From NCBI GenBank assembly GCA_013265495.1, contig MU061044.1:496001-560000 (forward strand): a stretch of DNA of 64,000 nucleotides. Direction: 5' to 3'. Made by a program: the position numbers and the translations under genes. Below the pieces are notes generated by a model, which saw only the letters and a program-made list of their open reading frames with translations, was not told the DNA's origin and did not search any database. The stretch is from Vicugna vicugna (taxonomy: Eukaryota). The first letter of the stretch is position 1. Every line of letters begins with the position of its first letter. Of the stretch, positions 34,097 through 44,712 are shown piece by piece.

Positions 34097-34192
34097 CTAG
34101 GCTTCTCTGGGGCCGTCCTGGGCGCCGGCGGCCATGTTGTTGGCCTGGAGCAGGAAGGCGGTGAAGGCCGCGTCGGCTTCCTCCTTGGATGA
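34097..34192 (-). CDS. PIGR: PIGR exon 11 coding part
   Basis: SSKEEADAAFTAFLLQANNMAAGAQDGPREA, TAG at 34099-34097. Confidence 0.97.
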   Translation of the reverse strand, partial: SSKEEADAAFTAFLLQANNMAAGAQDGPREA

Positions 34193-37100
34193 CTGGGGGC
34201 GACAGGAGAGGAGTCAGTGTTTGGGGCATTGGCTTCGTGAGTTGGGGGGTAGGAGGGAGGGGACGCACGAAGTATCCTAAATTCCTAATCTTGGCCCAAG
34301 CACCCCACACCCGTGTTGACCCATTGTTCTTATTCCAGCCACCGTGCTCACCAGGAAGGCCTAATTTTGAGAAACGGAAAGTTGCAGCTTCTAAAAATAT
34401 CACCCTCTGTCTCACTACCTCCTTCCAACACATGGAGTGGAACCACCTCTATTGCCTGGGCCTGTCCCCGGAAGCCCGGCCCACAGCCACGGCCAGGGCG
34501 GCCTGCGCTGGTGTTAGCCACAGAGGTTTACACTCTTCTTTCTCTACCAGCTCAGAGACACAACACAAGGCTGAGGGGAAGGCTGGTTCCCCTAATTGTT
34601 CCGAATGCTGGGGTCTCTGCTGCTGCCAGGCAGAGAGGATGGATAACAAGCACGGGTGCCCGGGGGTCAGGGGGGCACCGGGAGGGGGTGACATGTGACC
34701 CAATGGCAGGGGTCGCCTCTGGTAGGATGCAGCACTTGGTTGGGGCGGAGAGGGGCATGTAGTGACTATAACAGCAGCTCCCCCACCCCACGAGCAAATG
34801 TCCTCCAGGCCCAGGGACAAGCTGCCCCCACAAACCCTCTAGCGAGGGTGATGACCTGGGTCCCACGGCCCGGAAAGAACACCCACCTAACCCCCAGTGT
34901 TTGACACTGAACTGCTGAGCCTGCGGCCGAATCTTTAATGCCTTTGCCTTCCTCATCACCCACCCCCCGCCCCCGTCATCTCCCTCCCTCCTGCCTGTTT
35001 ACAGCCTATAAGCACGGCTCACCTCCTGCCTGTATTTCAGCCACATCAACACCACAGCAGGAAAGGTATACACCTCGCCTTTGAAAAGTCCTCCTGAATG
35101 CTCCCCTACTCCGGCCCAGCTCCCAACTTCTGAGACAGTGCTTTCTGATGTCTAACTGCAGTCCCTCCTGCTGCATTTCCTCATCACCCACCTGAGGCCT
35201 CCTTCTCCCTCCTCGCCCTTACCCTTTTTGCCTTCTTGGGTTCTTTGGTGTCCGTGGTGTCCTCAATAGTGGGGGCCGACTCTGTGTGAAGAGCAGGAAT
35301 GGGTGGATCAGCCCTCCCTGCCTCCCATTCCTGCCCTGGACGCAGAGTCAGGGCTAATTCTTGCTCCCCAGGGCATGGGCATGCCTTTGAGTGAAGCTCG
35401 TACCATCTTTTCCTCCAAGACTTGTCTCTTGAGTGTCTGGAGAGGCTGCCGTGTTATCGTGGGCTCCAAAGTCCCTGGAGTTCTCAAAGTCCGACATGCT
35501 GATGTCTGTCCTGTAACTTCTGATTGAAATCCGGTCTGTCCAGGAGAAAGAGGAGTTGGTGTAGGGATAGGGGCCAGGGATGGGCCAGGACAGGGGGTGC
35601 TGCTCGTCCCTGGGGGAATCCACAGGAGAGCTGAAGTGGGGCCAGATCTCTGCTGCTTGTCTCTGACTAGGACCCAAGGCAGAATGGAACGACCTGAGTG
35701 TCCTCCCCAGTCCCCTTTTCACAGACAATCTAGACTCAACAATCCCCAGCCATCGTTTATCAGTCTGTGACCTTTCAGTGCACAGCATCTTGTTTTGTCC
35801 TCACGTGAGCCCTCAAAGGTGGTTATTACCCCCCTTGTCTTGAGCCCTGAGGAACCCGAGGTATGAAATGGGGACACCCGGTGTCACACAGCCCAGGTCT
35901 CCCAGCATCTTTCCCTCCTCTTCCCAGCAGCTCTGTCTCCAAACTTAGACCCTGAGCAATGGACCCAGGCTTCCAGAGACAGCATTTGGACAGCGGCACC
36001 TAATGTAAGTTTTGGGCATCTGTGGGTTTATCTTTCCCCACCTCACTTTCCCAGACCCTTGCTTTGAGCCTATGAAAGAGAAAGGACCATGACAGCTCCC
36101 TGAAGGGTCGCTGAGCCAGGATGGAGGGCTCGGGGCTGGAGGTGGGTGACAGGGACTCACCGACGTTCTTCCTGTGCCGCGCCCTGAGCACCCCAATCAC
36201 CAAAACCCCCAGCGCCAGCACCAGGGCCACGGGCACCAGGACGGAGACCAGCACTTTGGAGCTCCTGCCTTGTGCTGCAGAGCTGGAGGAAGGATTACGT
36301 CAGTCAGTCGCTGTGAGGGAAACCGGGAGTCCCAGGAGGTGCTGGCAGGTTGGCTCTGGCTAGTTCTTCCTCCCAGGTTAATCTGCTCCCCTTCTTCCTG
36401 CCACAGCCCCTGAGCTCCATTCTTCTAAGAAGCCCTCCCAGACACGACAAAGGCAAAGACGGGGCCTTCGCTGCATCCCACCCAGGCCTGGGAAACTGAG
36501 CTGAATGGTGATGGCTGTCCCAGCCCCAGAAGAAGGGCGGAGCACAAGCCGAGGCAGTGAGGGCTGCCGCCACTGTCCAGAGGTGGACAGGCTCTCCTCC
36601 TCGGACCTGGTGGCCCAGCCCCAGGCCTCTGGTGTCTGGAATGTTCTTTAGGTGGGAAGCCCCAGATCCCTCCTCACCTGCTGGAGTCTGCAGGTACTCC
36701 GCTCCCACCGGCTGGGTCTTCAACTTTCTTCACTGCCCTTTCCTCTGCAGAAAGTCTGGGATCCAGAAGAACTTTGTTCTCAATGTCCTCCCTGGCCCGT
36801 GGCTCTATGGCATCCTCCTCACGAGCAGCACTCGCTTGGCGAGCATCCTGGGTCCCTGGAGAGAGCAGAGTGGGGCTGGGTTACGGTCCTTCCTCTGTGT
36901 TTTCTGCCCTTGAGGCCAGGGAGTCAGAGGAGTGGGACTTCATCAGGAATCCCGGGCCAGGGTGAGATCTCAAGGCGGCTGGGATAGGGTCCCGGAGGGC
37001 ACCAAGGGGTGGTGGTCTTCTCTAGTTTGTCGTGGATGATCTCTGTCCCATTAAGACCAAATTCATTTCCTACAAGCTACAAGGCTCCGAATCACAGATC

Positions 37101-40100
37101 CGGCTATGTGGAAGGGCTGACCCGTCATTTGCGGACAGGGAGATTTTTTTCCCACAGCTTTGAAACCCTGCCAAGGCCTCCTGACTGCAGGGCTGGGCAC
37201 CATAGTGCTGCCCCCTGGTGGTAGCGTGGCTAGGGTTCCCTCGTCAGTGAGCCAGGATGCTGACTTGGTAAGATTTCTAGAGGGACTAAAAATACCCTCA
37301 CTAGGGATAAAACATTTCATGTGATATTTTTAAAAGAGGCTTAAAATGCAAACTTGCCAGCAGAGGTTGCCCTAATTTTCTTTATCAGACCTTGAATCAG
37401 ACCGTGGTGATCTCAGTCTCTTTTGAGCAGGCTTTGGCAGACTAAGAGACATATAATCGTGACTTTGACATTTCTGTATATAGAAGGAGAGATCTACGTA
37501 GAGAAAGGGCTTCAAGATGGCCTGAAAGGGCAACCATGGGGCTTGTCTTGAAACTGAAGTTAAATGGCAGATCCACTATTTTTAATTAGTTTGTATGTTT
37601 TGGGGGATGCTCTTTTGGGAGGCCTAAAGAGACTATGCGGGGGCTGAAATCTCTCCCTCGCCCCCACTTTTTATAGCCAAACCCAGGGACCACCCTTGAT
37701 GGAGACACTCTTAGGCGGGAGCCTGTCGCTGGGGTCTCAGGGGGATGGGGGCCTGGCCCTTGGACACTCACCCTTTACCCTCGTCTCCACCGCCACGTAG
37801 ACCGCTGCGGTCTCTCCGTACTGGAGGCCGTCCTTCACCCCGCACCAGTACCAGCCTTCGTCCTCCTTGGTGACGGGGTTCAGGTTCAGGGAGGTGATCT
37901 GGCTCTGCTGGCTGCAGTTCACGAAGGCTTGGCTGGCGCCCTGGTCCTGGCTGGGCAGTGTCCTGCACCCGGTGTTGCTCCATTTGCACCAGTACTTCTC
38001 GGAGGAGTAGAATTTGCACGGGAAGTGGCAGGGCAGCTTGAAAGACTCTCCCAGCCAGGCAGTGACGTTCTTGGATACCTTGAGGCTTGGTTCTCCTGGA
38101 GCAGGGAGATAGGGAGAAATAGGCACAGAAGTTGGCAGTGGTGATGTCGCAGGGAAGTGACTGTGCGGGGGCACCTTTGTCCACAGTCCACGTCCTCTTT
38201 GGACAGTGTGGTGACTGAATAACACTTCCCTGAACACTTAAGCACTGTAATTGTATGCCTGTGTGGTAGATCAGCGAGGACCGCCGTGATCAGCCCAGCC
38301 TATCACAGAACATAGACCCTGCCAGCGACTTGCGTTCACTTCCCCTGCTGTCATCTTCTCTCCTAGACTCAATACAGAGCCGCGCTCTACCCCAGCTGAT
38401 GCCGCAGATAAAGAGGCCAATGTTCTCGATAATAGGAGGTGTTACGTGTGGTAGCTTGAAGCATGTGAGGTAAGGGAGGATGCTTGTTACAGGTGTAAAA
38501 ATGTGACCTTTCGACAGGTGGGCGCTCTCCTGAGGCCCATCCCACCAGCACGGAGGTGGGAGGGAGAGTGACTGGGGCGTGATGCTGCAGCTGACTGGAG
38601 GCGTCCTGGGGCTGCCTCCCTTCCCTCCTGCCCCAGCTCAGCTCTTACCTTCAACAATCTTGAGCTCCACCACGGACCTCCAGCTAATATCGCCGTTGGT
38701 CAAACACCAGTAGAAGCCGGCGTCCTGGGTGGTGAGCTGGTTGAGTATGACGGTGTAGACGCCGTTGCCTGGCTCCTCATACAGCACGAGCCTGCCCTCG
38801 TACTGCTCATCAACCAGCCCGTTGCTCTCCACCAGCTGCCGGCAGCGGCCATTCTGAGTCTCTTCCCAGCGGCACCAGTATTTCAGGCTATCTTTCTCCT
38901 TAGGGTTGTAGGGGCAGGACACGACCACGGAGGATCCCACCACACCCTTCACCACTGAGCGGCTTTGGGGGATCTGGGTCTCTGGAAGCACAGACAGAGG
39001 CGGGATGGAAGAACACAGCGTGGCTAAGGCAGGGTGGAGAGTGGGGCTTAGACCCATCCTATCACCCTCCGCAGAAAATGAAAGGGACTTGCCCAGTGTC
39101 ACAGAGTTCATAGCTGGAGCCATCTGACCAGACTCCAGGGACCTTCACCACTTCACTGAATGAAGTACCTCGTTCCCTTTCCCCTCCAATTCTGAGCAGA
39201 GACGGGAAGGAGGTTAAAGAGCAATGATCAGCCTTTCTCCTCGGGCTTCTTACCAAATCTCCCCCGGGGACGTTTTTGTCTGTTTCTGAGCCTGTCCCAC
39301 AAAAATGGCCAGATGGTTTTTCTCCAAATTAAGAAAATATGTTTATAACTGTAGGATTTAAAATGTGTAGCAGAGGTAAGTTTAATTGTAGAGGACGCCA
39401 AGGGCCATCTCCAAGAGAAATATGGCCATCCTCCCAGGAGAGAAGCTGAGCTTCCATGAGAACCCGGGGTGACAGAAGATGCTGAGGGGTGTGGTGAGGG
39501 CCGAGCTGGACGGAGAAACAGTGCACAGGGGGCGTGGGCCCCACGGGAAAGTCACAAGGGCAGTGACCTTGAACCACAGGTGCTGGTCTGCTGCTTCTCA
39601 TGAGGGTGACTCTATGCAGAGCACTCCAGGCTGAGAAGGAGCAGGCATTTAACCAGATCGTGCTGAGTAACAAATGAACCTAAAGGATGTTGGAGGGGAG
39701 AATTTAGAAGCTGGGGCATTGGCTTTCTGGCAAAGCTGTGAGACCCACAGAAGCCAATCTTTCTTCCACCTGAGTGTGAAAGATGAGATGCTGTCCTGCT
39801 CGAGGGTCAGGGAGATCCTGTGTTAGGTCCTCCCCGTGGCTCTCTGAAACCCAGACAATCTACAGGTCTAGTCTCAATCAGGGCCTTCACTCCCTCATTC
39901 TTATTGATCAAGGACAGCTGTCCAAGGCCTTTGATAACAGAGAAGAAGAGTTAGGAGATCACACAAGACAGAGGCTATGTTTTCTGGCTCTCGCGTACAG
40001 CTGCCCATGGAGCATCCGGTCCAGGGTTGATCAGCTAGCAGACATTGTCAACTGACAGAGGAATATCAGATAGGTTCACAGGGAGTGAGCGAGGCTCTCA

Positions 40101-42967
40101 TCTGCCGGACTGCCCACCCCTTCCCTCTCCCCGTCTCAGGTCTCACCTTCGTTGACGAAGAGTTGCCAAGCCTGGGTGGACGAGCCTTTCTGGGGCACGC
40201 CGTCAGAGTCAGCTCCGCACAGGTAGAGCCCCGCATCCTCTTTCTTCAGGCCAGTGATGTGCACAGTAAAGCGGCCGTTGTTGCCAGTAGTGAGTAGGAT
40301 CCTGCCCTCAAAGTCAGGAGCCTTCGTCTTCAGTGTGTTGATGACCACATCACAGGCTTCCTCATTTTTCAGCCGGCACAGAAATTTGGGCACACTCTTC
40401 ACCTCGGGGCCCAGGTCACAGTCAATGGTCACTGAGCCCCTTAGGTCTCCATAAATCAGCTCAGGATCGGGCTTCAGCACTTGGAGGTCAGCATTGCTCT
40501 TATCAGCGCTGGAATCGTCCCCAGCCTGGCAGACGTACATCCCAGCATCGCTGAGCTGGACTTGGTTGATGACAAAGCTGAACACTAATTGGCTGGTACC
40601 CTGAATACTAATATGTGCTCTGCCCTTATAGCTGGGGTTCCTATAGTTGTTGGTGTCGGCGATGAGGACACAGCTCTGGCTCATCATCTTGCACACCGAT
40701 TTCTTCTTCTGCAAATTTGCAGCCTTGAAAGGGCAGCTGATGGTCACTGTTCTGCCCAGATCTGCTGTGTAGACTCGGACATCATTTATCTGCCCAGGAC
40801 CTGTGGGATGAGGGGCGGGGGGCCAGTTGTGATTTTTTTCTTGACACATAGGACTGCTCAGTGTTGCCAGTGAGGGGCTGGGTGTGCCTGTCACCCAGAG
40901 TGCCCTCTTCCCCCAAGGGACGCTGTCTTCCAAGGCTCAGCTGCCTCCTCCAAGAAGCCTTCCCAAGCTGGCACTCATCTCTCCCTCTCCTGTTCCCCGT
41001 TGATACTTACTTACCCTGTGTCACTCATTACATCCAATCCTGTGGTCTTTGGGCAAGAATTAATCATTTAATTTATGATGAGAGTTTTTTGTTAATTAAA
41101 ATTTTTTTATTTTAATTTTCTTGGAGGGGAAGGTAACTAGGTTTATTTCTTTCTTTCTTTAATGGAGGGACTGGGGATTGAACCCAGGTCCTCGTGCATG
41201 CTAAGCACGCACTCTACTGCTGAGCTATCCCCTCCCCACTATGCTGAGAGTTTTGATGGACTAACAGATCTCAGGTAAGAAAATGCATCATAAAAGTTTT
41301 CTGGTGACCCAAGGTCTTCATCTGAAGGATGCTCTAATAGCAGGAATTTAAGGCTCCCTATGAGTCTCTCCCTGCTCACCGGCCTCTTGTCTCGCCCGCA
41401 ACAAATGGAACGAGAGAAGCTGTCCTCCTGATGCTCCTCCAAGATACAGCCTTAGTAACACCCGACAATATTTTAGGCCCTGAAGACCTAGATCCAGCCA
41501 CCCTCCCCTCCCCTCAGCAGGGCCCATCTGCCTCGTTATCATATTCTATTATGCAATGTCCTCCGCTCCACATGGACCCACGGCCTTCCTCAGCCCATGC
41601 CAGGATGCCCTTCCCTCTCGGGAGATTCTGCCCTTCGAGCCCTTCTGTTGCCCCTGAGATGATTCCCTCTCACTTGGCCCCAGGGTCTAAGGAGCCTGGA
41701 CTCTCACCTCGGCTGACCTCCAGGCTCACATCGAAGGACAGGCCTCGGCTGCTAATGCCCAGACCACACTTGTAGCGCCCGGAGTCATTCCGGGTGAGCT
41801 GGGCGACGTCTATCACGAACGTGCCGTTCTCCGGAAAGTTGGTGAGGTTGGCTCTGCCCTTGTAGTCGTCGGAGACATACCCCCCTGAGGAGATGAGGGT
41901 TGTGCAGTGGCCCTTGGCCTCCTGCCGGCACCAGTATTTTCGAGAATGCCGGTTGACGGAGGTGGATGGGTAGAAGCACCTGATGGACACCGAGTCGCCT
42001 TCCACCCTGCTCACCTCCTGGGGGCCGAATATGGGACTCTTCGTGGAGACCACTGTGGGGACACAGACAGAGGCTTTCTGAGGCTGTGGGAGGTCCAACC
42101 TGCTGAGAGGATCCAGACAGCCCGCACCAAAAAGATGAAACTTTCCTCCTAACACACACCATCTGTGGATAACTTACTATGTGATACAGCTAGACAGTTG
42201 CTGCTTGACAATGGATAAATTGCAGTTATTAAACATCTACTAAATCCTAGTCACAATTCATTAACGATAACCACTTTAAGGGCAACGGAATGGCCAACTT
42301 ATTTAATGATATCTTTTGTGTATCTATATTAAAAGAGCCCCCCCCCACCATGGGGTGCTACACTGTTGCATTTGTTATCTGTCATTTCCTTGTTTTTCTA
42401 AAAACGCTTTATCAATTACTTTCTTTTTTTCCAGATAAAAATATTGAGAGCCACAGGGGCAGGGCACTTTCCCCAGACCCCAAAGCAACTCATAGTGATG
42501 CCTAGTTCAAGGTCAAGGTCTTTTTTTATTTTTTAATTAAAAAAAATTTTCGAGGGGGAGATAATTAGGTTTATTTATATATTATTTATATGGAGGGACT
42601 GGGGATTGAACCCAGGACCTCCCGCATGCTAAGCGTGTGCTCTACCACTGAGCTACACCCTCCCCCCCTTTCTTTTTCTTTATTGCCAGTGAAGTCCCTT
42701 CACCGGACCCCTGGTTTTGAAATCAGGAAGTGCCATTTCCATTCCTGATGCCCAGTTCTCTTTCGCCAGTCCATTTGCGGAGGTGGCCTTTCTGCATGGT
42801 CTCTGCGGCTCCTCAAGACAGGGCAAGCTTTACAAGGGACGTCCCCGGGGATGGGCCTGATTTCAGGGTCCCCAGAGAACTGGGTCCTGCATGGGGGTGG
42901 GCTGGGACCTGGCCGACGCACCTGGGAAGACAGCCAGCAGGCAGACGAAGACGAAGAAGCGTGTCAT
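34097..42967 (-). CDS. PIGR: Polymeric immunoglobulin receptor, spliced CDS: 42922-42967, 41708-42052, 40147-40800, 38649-38981, 37772-38095, 36678-36855, 36161-36282, 35404-35535, 35223-35281, 34097-34192 (762 aa)
   Basis: Ten exons total 2289 nt in frame. Five Ig domains, D1 CDR1 SVNRHSRKYWC, D5 CHFPCKF, a TM segment, RHRKNVDRISIRSYRTDISMS basolateral signal, C-terminus QDGPREA*. Confidence 0.98.
35223..35281 (-). CDS. PIGR: PIGR exon 10
   Basis: 59 nt, ESAPTIEDTTDTKEPKKAKR; donor AGG|GTAAGG. Confidence 0.95.
35404..35535 (-). CDS. PIGR: PIGR exon 9 (cytoplasmic)
   Basis: 132 nt, DRISIRSYRTDISMSDFENSRDFGAHDN...QETSLGGKD. Confidence 0.97.
36161..36282 (-). CDS. PIGR: PIGR exon 8 (transmembrane)
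   Basis: 122 nt, SSKVLVSVLVPVALVLALGVLVIGVLRARHRKNV. Confidence 0.97.
36678..36855 (-). CDS. PIGR: PIGR exon 7 (stalk / cleavage region)
   Basis: 178 nt, ...DIENKVLLDPRLSAEERAV...; donor AG|GTGAGG. Confidence 0.93.
37208..37221 (-). promoter_or_regulatory. CTCF motif (CCACCAGGGGGCAG)
   Basis: Full consensus match; in PIGR intron 6. Confidence 0.75.
37772..38095 (-). CDS. PIGR: PIGR exon 6 (domain 5)
   Basis: 324 nt, CHFPCKFYSSEKYWC...DEGWYWCG; includes the IgA-linking Cys position. Confidence 0.98.
38649..38981 (-). CDS. PIGR: PIGR exon 5 (domain 4)
   Basis: 333 nt, CPYNPKE...KYWC...DAGFYWC. Confidence 0.98.
40147..40800 (-). CDS. PIGR: PIGR exon 4 (domains 2 and 3)
   Basis: 654 nt, phase 1-1, two Ig domains (DAGMYVC, DAGLYLC). 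Confidence 0.98.
41102..41237 (-). mobile_element. tRNA-derived SINE (camelid Vic-1-like)
   Basis: GGGGAGGGGATAGCTCAG..GGTTCAATCCCCAGTCCCTCCATTAAA with an A-rich tail. Confidence 0.85.
41708..42052 (-). CDS. PIGR: PIGR exon 3 (domain 1)
   Basis: 345 nt, KSPIFGPQEV...DSGRYKCGLG...LEVSR. Confidence 0.98.
42521..42668 (-). mobile_element. tRNA-derived SINE (camelid Vic-1-like)
   Basis: Same head, B box and AAACCTAATT tail as the other copies. Confidence 0.85.
42922..42967 (-). CDS. PIGR: PIGR exon 2 coding part (signal peptide); the exon probably starts at 43020
   Basis: MTRFFVFVCLLAVFP, donor G|GTGCGT; acceptor TGTCTTTCAG at 43021. Confidence 0.95.
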
Positions 42968-44520
42968 CGCTGGTGGCTCCCGCAGGGCTGTGTCACTCAG
43001 GTCAAGTTCCTGCACAGTTGCTGAAAGACAGTAGCACGAGGTTGTGAAACTCCTGTTTTCCAAGACTGTGGATCTTGGAGTTCCTGTAATACCTGTTTGA
43101 TTTTGTATCTCCATAACGGACATAAAACCTGTTAAAGAATGAATGGCTCCACCTTTCCCATTACAGTTCAAAGTCCCAGCTTCCCATAGGGATCTTTGTT
43201 CCTTGTTAGTTATAAGTAGAGTTTTACCTTCTCAGCTAAGCTGCAAGCTCCTTTGGGATAGGAACACAGGTGTCATTTCCTCTGTATCCCTGTCCGGGAG
43301 ACACGGGCCTGGGACAGGTCCGTTCTCAGGAGCAGCTCGCCGGATAATCGGTTACTTCCAAGAAGCAGCTGCATCTCTCTGTTTTGACTGCCCTCCCTGC
43401 GTCCGTGGGGCGTATTTTACAATGCATCATATGAGTAAACTGAGACTTACCGAGGAGGCCTAGTAAGGATTAAAGTTGTAAATTTAATGATGATGTTCGT
43501 AATCACCACCGACGGTTCCCCTACCTTGTTCCAGGCACTGTGTAAAATAGTGTATGTGTATTGTCTGTTTAAACTTGACATTGTCCCTAGGAAGTGGGTA
43601 TTCTTATCCACATTTTACGTAGGAGGAAGTGAAAGCTTAAAGGTCAAGTGCTGTGCTCAAGGTCGTGCAGGGATTAAGTGTGGGTATAGGTGGGGTGGGG
43701 GTGAAGGAGGTGGGCAAGACCTGAGCCCAGCTTTGCCTGACCCCAAAGTCCGAGCCCTTAGCCTCTCTCACTGCACAGGGCTGCCCCTCAAATTCAGTGG
43801 GATGCTCACCCCTCGTGCTCATTCCTGTTATTTCTAGAGCCCTCTCTGCTTATCAAAGCATTGCTGTTTACACTATTGCAAAGCATCACCATTTATGCTA
43901 TTTCCCTGGAGCTTCCTAACTTCCCTTTAGATGAGGCAGAACAGTTATAATTACAACCATTTCCTGGATAAGAAAATCAAGGTCTTGAGACTCTGAGCGA
44001 TATGCCTATGATCTCCTAGAGACTCAGTTACGGGACCAGGGTCAAAAGTGCAGGTGTTATGGCCTCTTTCATTCTGCCAGGCGGAGGCTGGGCAGGCGAA
44101 GATGGAGAATCCAAGCTAAGGCCACTCGGAGGGTGCAGCGCATGTGGACTTGGTCACATCTGTGGACATAGTCCAGAGTCTATGAGCGCCCCAGGGCCCA
44201 GCCTGACCACAGGACCCAGACTGTAGCCTAGAGGAGGAGAGAAGAGACAGGAGTCCCCACTTTCTCGCGGACTTTGGCAGGTTTTCAACTTTGGAACAGA
44301 CTTGATGTTTCGAATGTGAAAGGAGAAAACTGTGTTCACAAGCGCTAGGCCGGAACGAGCGCCCGTGAAGATAAGGAAGCTCTAAGCGGCAGAGAGCTCG
44401 GGGAACCATCTCTTAGTCTCCCCTTTCTGCCTTGGCCCTGCTTCTGCTCCCAGAGACGCCCTTTGCCAGCTTAAGCCAAAGACAATAGAGCTGTTTATCT
44501 TGGTTATTTCCCTTCCGTGG

Positions 44521-44712
44521 GGGAATTCCCAGCAGGAACCCTTTTTATTTCCTTGTGGAGATAAAGGTATTCTGTTTCTCCAGTTCTTTGGAAGGGTAAG
44601 GGGAGCGGGTTAGGGGAGGTGGGGACAGATATGGATGTCAGGTGGCAGCTCGAGGCTCTCTTAATTCCGGTTAATCGTCCTGGAATTTTCACACCAGGCC
44701 AATGATTAACTT
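44521..44712. promoter_or_regulatory. PIGR intron-1 cytokine enhancer: NF-kB GGGAATTCCC (44521-44530), STAT6 TTC-N4-GAA (44584-44593), HNF1-like GTTAATCATTG (44700-44710, - strand)
   Basis: Three consensus sites within 200 bp, about 1.5 kb before exon 2. Human PIGR intron 1 is known to carry TNF (NF-kB) and IL-4 (STAT6/HNF1) elements. Confidence 0.75.

Noticed and set aside
43009-43020. Second possible acceptor for PIGR exon 2 at 43009
   Set aside because: The AG at 43021 has the better pyrimidine tract and fits the recalled human mRNA; either choice changes only the UTR.
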